DNA of 64,000 nucleotides, from the NCBI RefSeq assembly GCF_006345805.1, contig NW_021832125.1, positions 1 through 64,000 on the forward strand, in the 5' to 3' direction. The stretch comes from Octopus sinensis. Its lineage: Eukaryota. The notes beneath the pieces are model-generated. The model was not told the DNA's origin. It saw only the letters and a list, made by a program, of their open reading frames with translations, and ran no database searches. The position numbers and the translations under genes were made by a program. Below, in pieces: positions 24,950 to 34,734 of this stretch; the stretch's first letter is position 1, and each line of letters opens with the position of its first letter.

Positions 24950-26160
24950 GACCAAGGCTGAGGTCGAAAGTAAATGGAGGTCAGAATGCCAAAAACTTGA
25001 AAAGCGAAATCCTAATTTCTGGAAAATATACCAACGTCTTAGCAAAAAATGACGCCAATGGAGTTGAAAATGAACTATTGGTCGATTAGTCTGATTTGTG
25101 GTTTCTCCAAAACTATGGAAAAGATTGTCTTTAACAGACTTTCTTGTTATGTGGAATTACAAAATCTGCTTTCATCCATACAATGGGGATTCTGGAAGGA
25201 AGATCCACAGGGGACTGTTACATGGAATTAGAGCACCAACTATCACGTGCCTCTAGAAAGAAAGCCTGGGCAACTGCGGTGTGTCTGGACTTTGCAAAAG
25301 CTTTTGATAACGTATGGCATGTGGACCTACTTGCGAGAGTCCATAACACTGGAGCCGGAATAAAGACCTATCGATGGCTAGAAAACTTTTTGTGTGTAAG
25401 GAAATCTTTTGTTAGTTGCGGGAACCACTTATCGGGATGTGTGGAACTTAGAAGGGGCGTCCCGCAGGAATCTGTCTTGAGTCTATTTCTTTTCAACCTC
25501 GTCTTGTCGGACATTTCCCTGCCGTCTGTACGTATTGGCAAGCCTGTCATCTATGCTGATGATTTCCTGGTTATGGATATTTCGGAAAGGATATCACAGT
25601 CTTGGAGACGACCGAGTTAAAGAAGTGGACTGGTGAGAAGGACTTGAACATAGCACCCGAGAAAAACACCATTTCATGGATGCGAAGAGGAACACGTTAT
25701 TCAGTTACATGTTCCTATGCTATGAGTAGTTATGATATGGATCTTTCCAAGAGTTTGAATCTACACTACGTTGGAGTAATAGTCAACTGCCGTTGTTCAT
25801 ACGCCAACCACGTAGCTAAACAGAGGAAGAGGAGCGTTAGAATCCTCAAAAGCTTACCAGGTTCCATTTGGATCCGGCAACGTACATCTACGTCTAAAAA
25901 ACGTGTGTACAGCCAGTCCTCACATATGGCTACAAGGGCTGGTACGGTACGGAGGAGAGCGACTATCTGTCGAACAGTTGGAAAAAACAAGATGTTTCGC
26001 ATTGAAACTGGCTTATGGAGTAAAACTTGACGCAAGGCTAGAAAGCTCGCAAGAATCTTCTGTGCCCAGAATCCGGCTGGTCTTGGAGAAAAGTTGTCGA
26101 CACCGACAATAAGTGGGGATACGCATTGAAAGAGACACTTCGGTGCCTCGTTTAATCTCC
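24950..26160 (+). mobile_element. Degenerate Jockey/CR1-like LINE RT fragment
   Basis: AVCLDFAKAFDNVWH, RGVPQESVLS, IYADD; related to 46240-47930. Confidence 0.85.
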
Positions 26161-26629
26161 CCGTTAACAATCTTTCCTTGTTTTCTTTTGGTTTCTGTTT
26201 TTCTTTAGTCAATAAAAAAAATTCAAAAAAATCACTATTTCGAATGGTCTTAAAGTTCCCAAAGAGAAAATCTCGACTTCCACCAACAAGGAGATATTGT
26301 AATGAACATAACATTAATACCAGTACATGTTCTGGAAACTTGCTAAGTAGAATACTTAACAACTCATTTGATGGGTTGGATGACTTATACATAAGTAAAT
26401 TTAAATATTTTAAATCATTAGATGTTCTTGTGGCTGTAGTAACTTTCGTTAAATGAATACGAACGCATTTGCAAGTTTAAGATATTTTTAACAATCTAAA
26501 TTTATCATTACAGTTCCATTTCAAAAAATACGATTTTCAGTTCCCAAAGTTCAGCCGTACGTTACCTATAATGTATTTTAAATTTTTTGATCGACAAATT
26601 ACTCTTTTAACCAACAAAATAATTATTTA

Positions 26630-26725
26630 GTATTTAAATAGCAGCAGAGAATAAGATGGAATAGCAATTCCCACGCAAGATGGCTATTGATATGCGTTGG
26701 AAAAGCCATGTCTGTTCCCGATGAT
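26630..26725 (-). mobile_element. Tiny CRE-like 3' tip
   Basis: Reverse strand reads DHREQTWLFQRISIAILRGNCYSILFSAAI*. Confidence 0.7.
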
Positions 26726-27352
26726 CATTAAATGAATTACTGTATAGGCTTTTTTTCAAAACAGAAAATGTCCAGATTTACTAATAGATCCCAGTCAATA
26801 ATGTATATACTTAAATATTCTCATTGTAAGCCCAAAAACAGAGAGCTTGAGTGCTCAAAAATTGTCCATTTTGTAAATATGGTATGCAAAGAGCATTCGG
26901 CTAATCAAATATTCGATATCGCTAATTTACTAACATAATTATTCATTTTAATATTTCCTTGTTTTAATTTGTATCTTTAATTAGTTTCGATTGTTACATA
27001 AAGTAATCACTAGTAAATATATGATCACTAAAAATAAAATTATTGTTAATTCCACAAATGTGGATTACTTTGATTCTTATTAATTAACAATTCTTCCAGA
27101 GCAATTAAATCACTTATTTCACCCACTTTGACGGATTCTGTTATACCAGCTATTCTAGGCGTAGAAATGAATGGAGGAATGCACGACTTTGATTGTGGTA
27201 GAATATTAGTCACTTCAGTTTTCTCAATCCGAATGCTACTACTGGGATATATGTTTATTGATTCCGACTTTGATGGCGAAAGATACAACACATTGTCTAA
27301 TAACCATTCACACGTACGATTGACATTTTTGACCTTGAAACCGTCAAATTAG

Positions 27353-29060
27353 AATTCTTTGTACACAGACAAAGACATCACACCTGTATTCGAGGGGATA
27401 CCGTTGAGGTCCGGCTCAGCAATACACTGCTACCATTCAAGCCGAGTCAACTTGGGAGGCTTTTACCCATTGAGCCACAATATACCTTCCTTCATATATA
27501 TAACGTCTGATACAATGAGAGACTTGAGGTATAAGGACAACTATGATTACACATACCAGTCAACCATGCTATTTTCACAGATTAAATCTTGCGAAGCAAT
27601 TTATTGGAAGGAGGGCCAAGAAGGAAGAGAAACCAGATATTTCATAGCGTTCACTGAAACTTGTATAAGGGAAATTGAAGATATATGGTTAGACACAGAG
27701 GACACATACAATGATTTTCCTAAGTACCCTGAAAGTGAGACAATGTTTGTAAGCAAGACAAATGAGCCAATCAAATATCATCAGGTCATAAGTGACCTGA
27801 AATGTGACCTTCACTTCTATGACAGGAGCATAGTGAGTTACAGTGTGGGTCTTTTGCAAGGGGTGGTTATGTCTACGAAGGACCGGATCATCAACTCAGA
27901 CTTAACTAGTACTATGTTTCCAGTCTACATGTACGACAAGTTGAGCCCTGAGAAGATATTCATGGGGTTGATGTGTGGGATCATAATAGGAGCATCGGCC
28001 AGCTCAGTCGAGAAGCAACAAGTCATACTTGTACACGAATCAGATAACAGGGAGGATTGTCAAGCTGTATACAACTTGTCAAGTCAAGGCGGCCTGTCCC
28101 GTATGTATAACTCAAAGGAGTTCGTTAAGTACATAAACACATACACAACCATTTCTAGCGCATGTAACCCGACAACATCAGTGGACATCGTAAATGGGAT
28201 AATCAACATATTGACTAAAATGTACCACTCTTATGACCTGAAAGTATTCTTGGACATCATATTGACCAGGACATATTAAGTGTTTCAAGAGTCACTTGAT
28301 ATGTCTATGATGGTGACCTTGCTGCTTGGAGTACATGTCTTGATAAAAGAGACAGGACATAAGTTTTCGCAAAAACTCAAGATTCGATATGTGCGCAAGA
28401 TGTGCAATGACATGCAGTCCAATATAGACAAATTTACACTTAGCGGAATTCAGAAAATTATTTTACAGGGGGTACACGTCAACATGAAGACTGTCAATGA
28501 AGAGGTAAGACATGCAATCAAAAAGATGACGTTGAATGAGGTTGAGTGCTCAAACCTGCCTTGTGAAGACTCATATGATGAGTATGAAGGGGAACTTTAT
28601 GGAATTGAAGTTCATGGGATGAACCAAAGTGGGAGTCAAGAACTGGATGGAGGGTGTTTAGAGGGTGTTCCAAAGGCGGACCAGGATGATAGATTGGTGA
28701 AAATTGAGCAATTAAACTGCCCCTTGATTAAACCACTCCGTTATGTCAAGTATTCAACGGGGGCCCATTACAAACTCCAGTGTTTGCTCGATAGAGGTTT
28801 TCTGCGCCAGGACACAGTCCAGGCTAGACATATATAAAGAAAGTGTCAGGAGACATGAGTACCAGAAGATGGCACTTTACACATCCTATGTTGACTCGGC
28901 GGAGGTGATCAGGAGGAGCAAAGAAATAAACTGGATTGCAGAAAAAACCGGGGACCTCCACCGGGTTATACAAAGGTGGAAGGAGCCAATGCTTTATGAA
29001 TTGGTGGTGGAGTTAAGTGAGAACATGAAGACTCAACTTGCAGGCCATTTGTGCAAGACC
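27353..29060 (+). other. Endogenous viral element: rhabdovirus-like (Mononegavirales) L polymerase fragment covering PRNTase/capping, connector and start of methyltransferase
   Basis: LRSGSAIHCYHSSRVNLGGF...TSDTMRDL..DNYDYTYQSTMLFSQI...CIREIEDIWLD aligns with recalled VSV [21 protein letters not shown]...TTDTMRDL.DQNFDFLFQATLLYAQI...CLRPIEEITLD. Also SYSVGLLQG vs SYQVGRCIG, EEVRHA vs EEIRHA, NCPLIKPLRYVKYSTGAHYKLQCLL vs [25 protein letters not shown], and a frameshifted GGGD/SGG motif near 28895-28920. One in-frame stop at 28277-28279. Confidence 0.9.
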
Positions 29061-29079
29061 TTTTTCATGCTGTACGATC

Positions 29080-29310
29080 AAGTTAAAAGTCATCTTGATT
29101 CCATCGCAGTGGAAGACAGAGAGTTAAGGCATATATCCAAACACTCGTATTAAGAAAAACATTGGAGAGTATGCAAGTGGGGACAAGACATGGAATATCG
29201 GTTCCCGAAGAGGAGCAAGCAGTGATTGGGTGTCAACCGAAAAATTCTTCTGAATCAGGAATACGTCTGGACGAGGACCTTTATGTACCGACTATGATAG
29301 TTGGGCATAG
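29080..29310 (+). mobile_element. 3' end of an R4/NeSL-like RLE retrotransposon ORF abutting the EVE
   Basis: KSHLDSIAVEDR/VKAYIQTLVLRKTLESMQVGTRHGISVPEEE (one frameshift) parallels KHKWDSIRLEGPTQAYIKSVVIRKTLENMQTEYKFGIYLP at 30922-31194. Confidence 0.75.
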
Positions 29311-29319
29311 TTAGTTAGT

Positions 29320-29755
29320 TAATGCACGTTCGCGTTGCCAGTAAACAAAGTTTATGGTTTCCCTTGTGCCATGTTTTTAACTATTCTTGTCGTTAGCCCC
29401 TTCCATCCCTTTCGTCGTCTTGCCCTCTTTCCGATTTCGTCCAGATCGTCTGCATCCATCAATCCCTCCGATCATAGCATATTCCTTCGTAAGTATTCCC
29501 GGAAGACAGTCTCTTGGACGTTCTCTATATTTAGAGTATTCAGTATGGCCGAAAAATTCTTCCATGGCCATATTGCAAGGTGTTTCTTTCTTCATTCGTA
29601 AAATATGTCCAAACAGGCGCCAGCGGGTTTCAAGTACATTTAGACTTATAGGCCCACAGTCAGCTAACCTGTATAATTTATCATTTGATATTTTCTTCGG
29701 CCACGAATATGAGTTTTTAAACAGATGACACTTATACACCCACATTCATTGGTCA
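29320..29755 (-). mobile_element. RTE-clade LINE 3' fragment
   Basis: SWPKKISNDKLY...RWRLFGHILRM...RERPR. Confidence 0.85.
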
Positions 29756-29759
29756 TCCG

Positions 29760-30460
29760 CGAGGCTTATTGAACGAAATAACACCCTCGGAGGTCCTGGA
29801 AGCATTTCACCGTATGAACAATAACAGAGCTGCAGGATATGATGGAGTCCCAGGGGAACTACTCAAATACGCTCCCAACAGTCTAGCGAGCTTTTTCGCA
29901 CAGATACTGAACAAGGCGTTTGCCCAACACTGCTTACTTCCAATCGGGACAGGAATAATAATACCCGTCCAGAAACCGGGCAAACGACGGGGACCCTGTG
30001 GAAGCCTGAGGCCGGTTGTATTAGTCACCTCTCTAAGGAAAACTCTATCGACTATTGTTCGAAGCCGAATATCAAGATCAGTTGATCGTTATCTCTCTTG
30101 CAGTCAGAGTGGCTTCAGGCCTGGAAGATCCACGGCCGATATTGTTTGGACCCATCGCTGGATCAATGCAATATGTCAAAAGTATAAACGATCCTTTTAT
30201 GTCCTGGGAATCGACATGAGCAAAGCTTTTGATAGCATCAACAGGTGTAAACTACTTATCGTGTTAAAGAACATTGTAGATGAAGACAGTCTACGCATGA
30301 AAATCAACTTCTATTATCGGAAACTCAACTTCTTGTCAGAATTGGCCCTAAGAAGTCTAGACTATTTCCTACAAATGTTGGAACCTCACAAGGGGACACA
30401 CTATAGCCTATATTATTTATCGTCTATCTGAAGGCAGCTCTGAGAGACCTAAGAGTAGAA
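29760..30460 (+). mobile_element. RTE-clade LINE RT fragment in opposite orientation to 29320-29755
   Basis: MNNNRAAGYDG, KPGK...LRPVVL, QSGFRPGRST, IDMSKAFDS, and GAPQGDTLSP in a shifted frame. Confidence 0.85.
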
Positions 30461-30474
30461 ATTGGATGTATGGA

Positions 30475-30830
30475 CAACCAATGAGATCGTGAAGGCCGGT
30501 CTCGAATCGGCGGGCCCTTCGTGCCTCCACGAACCAGTCGGACTCGATCGGGGAGACGGCAAAAGGCCTGACGGGATGATGTATTCTCAACTCGTCCGGG
30601 AAAGCCCTCGTATGGGATATTACCGTTGTGGATACTTTCTCAACGTCGAGGATCCATTCTTCCGCTGCGAACCCTTGTTCGGCTGCAAACCACGCCGAAA
30701 GGATGAAATTACAGAAGTATTCTTCCCTCGCGGACCGCTAACGTTTTACGCCAATCGCCCTGGAGACCGCTTACTGCGTCCTTGCCGCTGGCACGTAACT
30801 TTCGCCTTTCATACTTTCTTCTGCTAAAAA
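30475..30830 (+). mobile_element. CRE-like endonuclease fragment
   Basis: NEIVKAGLESAG...LDRGDGKRPDG; homologous to 2700-3050. Confidence 0.8.
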
Positions 30831-30869
30831 AATTAGTGCGTCTGCTTTCAGTCGATTCTTCTCCTTTTC

Positions 30870-31220
30870 AAGCCTAAGCCAATATCTTCAAAAGCCACAT
30901 TTATCGACTTTTTAGGGCAACTCACTCGGGGAAGCTTTTTCCGTCGTTGCCTTGACAATTTTTGGGTAGGTATATCCCAAACTTATATTCTGTTTGCATG
31001 TTCTCCAATGTTTTCCGGATGACCACAGACTTGATGTAAGCTTGTGTGGGTCCTTCGAGACGAATTGAATCCCACTTATGTTTGTAGAATTTATTCACAG
31101 CACCGTCCCACGTTAGTACCAGTGGTACTATAGTTGCCTTTGGGTTGTGGATTACTCCCAGTTCATTAGCAAGCAAATTGTACAATCTATCCAAACGATG
31201 CCTACCTCACGATAACAATC
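30870..31220 (-). mobile_element. R4/NeSL-like RLE retrotransposon C-terminal fragment
   Basis: YNLLANELG...IVPLVLTWDG...AYIKSVVIRKTLE. Confidence 0.75.
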
Positions 31221-31558
31221 ATCCTGGTGATTTTATTGTAATAAATAAAACAAAAAACTTTCATATAAATTTGACCTGTTTATAATCGATGAATGCACTC
31301 AAATCGGTTTATTTTAACTAATAATTAAGCATTGGAAGATGTCGATTGGGTAGGACATACTCTGGTCAGAAAGTGTATAAAGGCAGGTGATTTTAATTAA
31401 TTCCCACTAACAGTTTTTTCCTCTAAGTAATTATGAGCATATCCTTCTCAGAAACCTCCCCGAACGGAAATTGTCTAAAGATTACTCTGTCGCCTGTGGT
31501 CGGTAGGGAAGCTCGGTTTGGCTCGAAGCTGCCCAATTCTCAATCTGTCCAACGTAAT

Positions 31559-31771
31559 ATATTATGCAATTTTGGGAGGTCCCTAGATGTGAGGTACCTG
31601 AGATTATTTAATAAATTGCGTTATATATTTTCCAATATAGAGAGGTCTCTAGATATGAGGATATGGGGGTTCTTGAGATTATGTAATAAATTGCGTAAAA
31701 TATTATGCAATTTGGGGAGGTTACTAGATGTTAGGATATAGGGGTACTTTAGATTATGTAATAAATTGCGT
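31559..31771. repeat. Three diverged ~63-75-bp tandem units ending in agattat[g/t]taataaattgcgt
   Basis: Units at about 31559, 31622 and 31697 share gaggt..ctagat.t.agg and taataaattgcgt. Confidence 0.75.
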
Positions 31772-31799
31772 ATCATATCATTCCGAGGTAAGGTAGTTA

Positions 31800-32420
31800 A
31801 GTCGAGGTTTGGTATTGAAGAGATTTTTCGATTTAAAAGAAGAAATCAAACATTTCATGTCTGCAAAAAACAAACCTTTACCAGAATTGGAATCTCTTGA
31901 TTGGTTGCTAAACTTGGCATTTTTGGTGGATATTGCAGAACACCTGAACACGCTTAACAAAAATTTGCAAGGACGAAATCAAGTTGTTACACAATATTTC
32001 AAATGCATACAAGCTTTCACCATGAAGCTAATGATATGGGAGACACAATTGACAGTGGGAAACACTGAGCATTTTTCTTGTTTAAAAAGTGTAATTTCCA
32101 CCACATCAAATGTTGATATGAGTCGTTATAAAGTGAAAATAACAGGATTACTTCAACAGTTTGAGACACGTTTTGAAATTTTTCGTGAACTTAAAAAGAA
32201 TTTACTGTTTTTCGATCACCATTCACTGCAAATATTACACATCTTGCAGCTAACTTAGAATTGGAAATTATTGATTTGAAATGTGACTCAGATCTGAAGA
32301 ATAAATATACCATGGTGGGCTTAGACACCTTTTATAAATATCTCTTGCCGAAGTATCTCAACTTAACAGCCTTAGATGCGAAAATCTTGTCAATGTTTGG
32401 AAGTACATATCTATCTGAAC
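31800..32420 (+). mobile_element. hAT (Charlie/Buster, GTF2IRD2-like) transposase C-terminal fragment
   Basis: WLLNLAFLVDIAEHLNTLNKNLQG, MEIIDLKCD, MFGSTYLSEQ. Confidence 0.85.
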
Positions 32421-33915
32421 AATGTTCAAAATATTCAATTAAACACGTCAGAGGGCGTCCTAGGTGTCCATGGGTACAGGGACAAGTCGAGCATCTGAAT
32501 CAGACGTTGAAATTCATGATTTCTTAACGTGCCTTTCAATGAACTTGAATTTCAAATGGATTGGCATCATTGAAGAAATTACAAGTTCATATAATTCTCT
32601 CCAACATTCAACGACATTGCTTGCTCCATTTAAATTGATGTTTGGAGCTTCTGCCGATGAATCTATAAATGATCACTACATCGAAGTGGAAATGAATGAG
32701 ATATTCGAACAAATTGATTCTTGGAATGAAGAAGCACAGTCTGAAGCGACTGAGTATCTTGCATGGTTTTGGTCATCAAGTGAAACTACGAGAACAAAAG
32801 CAATTTCTAACTCAGACAATGCTGAAAAAAATGTTAGCAAAAAGAAGGTGGAAGAATGATATTTCTATTTTTAAAATCGGCGATCGAGTTGTCAGAAGGG
32901 TGCATCTTGATAATAACAAAAAAACACGAAAAAGTGGCTTAAATGAACACATTGATACAATCGTATATCATGTTAAAGGAGTATCTGCCACAGGAATGAT
33001 TGATCTAGAAGGAGAAGATGGTAGTGTGATTCAAGAAAATAGCAGAGACTTAGCAAAGATAGAATAACTTCACGATATAATTTTTTCGAATAAAAACTGT
33101 TTTCTTTAGTGTCATTTTTATGATGAATCTGTTTATAAATAACGTTGAAATCATTTATAGTTAGAGTAGGGTCCCTAACATTTCAGAGTTAAATAAATTT
33201 AGGTGAGTTGGAGGCGTTAGATAATGGAATCAATGCTGCCCTGACTGATTATATGCGAGATAATTTCAAACAGAACTCAGTGCAGGGTCAGTCAAATTCC
33301 ACACTCCCGTACCGGGTCTTAAATAAAATTAGGTTTAAGCGCCGGCTATCCAGACTACGGGACAAATGCGTTTACGAGGAAAACCGTGTTTGGTTTCGTG
33401 GCTGGATTAGCCGGCTTCAAAGGGAGATCCGAAGAGAAATCCGTGAACTCGAAAGTTCACGGTGGGAGCGAGCCTGCAGACGCCCGCTTCCCAGACTTCT
33501 GGAAACAGTTGAAGAGCTTGTCGGGGAGAGGGGTAGCAAATTCAGTGCGCCTTAAACGCTCTGATGGAATCCTCGTTTCGTACCCGGTTGAGGTGGCTGA
33601 AATATTCTCGACCCACCTCGATGACATCTCTGGAACTTACGGAAGCCAGTTCGTGGAGACATCGTCCTTTGATACTGTCCAGCAGATATTGTCGTGGGAC
33701 AAGCGCTGCCAGCCGGGCATATCAAGGAACGATGCGGGCGATATTTCCGAAGCGGAGATTCTGGCAGCAATCTCCCGAAATAAGAACACTGCGGCGGGTC
33801 TGGATCGGATCCCGGAACGTTTTCCTTTATATTAATTGGCCTTTTGAATCGGTATATTAATTATCGATTTTTTAACGGCTCGTATTCAACCGTATCTCAT
33901 TATGAACCGGTCACA
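32420..33915 (+). mobile_element. Ginger-like integrase C-terminal part with right TIR
   Basis: HVRGRPRCPWVQGQVEHLNQTLK, YNSLQHSTT, FKIGDRV; right TIR atgaaccggtcaca ending at 33915. Confidence 0.75.
33200..33840 (+). mobile_element. Jockey-like LINE fragment (region upstream of RT)
   Basis: FWKQLKSL...AEIFSTHL...ISEAEILAAISRNKNTAAGLDRIP. Confidence 0.75.
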
Positions 33916-34110
33916 ATAAATAATTGTTAAAAATTATTTGCGACACCTGAGTAAAGAAGCTTAAGAATCACTGATGTAAACAAATGTCGTTTAAAAAAAT
34001 ATGACTCTCATAAAAAAATTTTAAATAATAAAAATTCATGGAACTTTACTGTAATTCAGAAAATGAGAATGATGTTTCGCTCATTACTGCAATAAGAAAT
34101 TACAAAGAAA

Positions 34111-34508
34111 TCTCCTTAAATCGGTTCAGACACAAATTACAAAGAAATCTCCTTAAATCGGTTCAGACACCTGGAGCAGCTGCCTCAATCGCGGAAAACC
34201 TTAAAACCAAAAAATATTCCTTCCTCGGGGACCGCTACAGATTCACCCCTGTTGCGGCTGAGTCATCAGGAGCAGTTGGCCCAGCGACTGCCGAGTTCTT
34301 GCGCGAACTCGGAAGAATGCTCGCCACAAAGAAGAATGATCCTCGTGAAGGAGTATGGCTAAGACAAAGGATCGGAATAGCCATACTCCGAGGGAACTCG
34401 CTTTCCATACAGGCAGCGGGCTTCCTCAATTGATTTCTCAAATCAATCTCTTCTCTTTCGATATAATAACTTTTCAAATAATTAATTAGTTGATTCCATA
34501 AAAAAAAA
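34111..34508 (+). mobile_element. CRE-like 3' fragment with TSD and locally templated 5' additions
   Basis: AAESSGAVG...WLRQRIGIAILRGNS; TSD aaataataaaaattca ending at 34038 and 34521. Confidence 0.8.
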
Positions 34509-34734
34509 TAATAAAAATTCACGAAGAACTGAAATAGAAATGGAACTTTACTGTAATTCAGAAAATGAGAATGATGTTTCGCTCATTACTGCAATAAGAA
34601 ATTACAAAGAAAAGTTAAAAAGAGCCAATAAAAAGGAATTTGGAGTGAATCTTTTAATAAAATTTAAGGTGTTTACTTCATTTTCTTTAATATTGATTTT
34701 TTCAAATTGGCCATGAAATTTGTATGTAAAAAAA

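Noticed and set aside
27128-27352. Upstream in-frame ORF (VIPAILG...TLSNNHS) as an extension of the viral L fragment
   Set aside because: Only faint similarity to PAYLGSKT...ILSNIHS, no GxxT motif, spacing off by ~17 aa, and composition is host-like. Not supportable without an alignment.
29308-29322. ttagttagtta as the tail of the retrotransposon fused to the EVE
   Set aside because: It could equally be the (TAAC)n tail of the oppositely oriented RTE, so it was not used as evidence.
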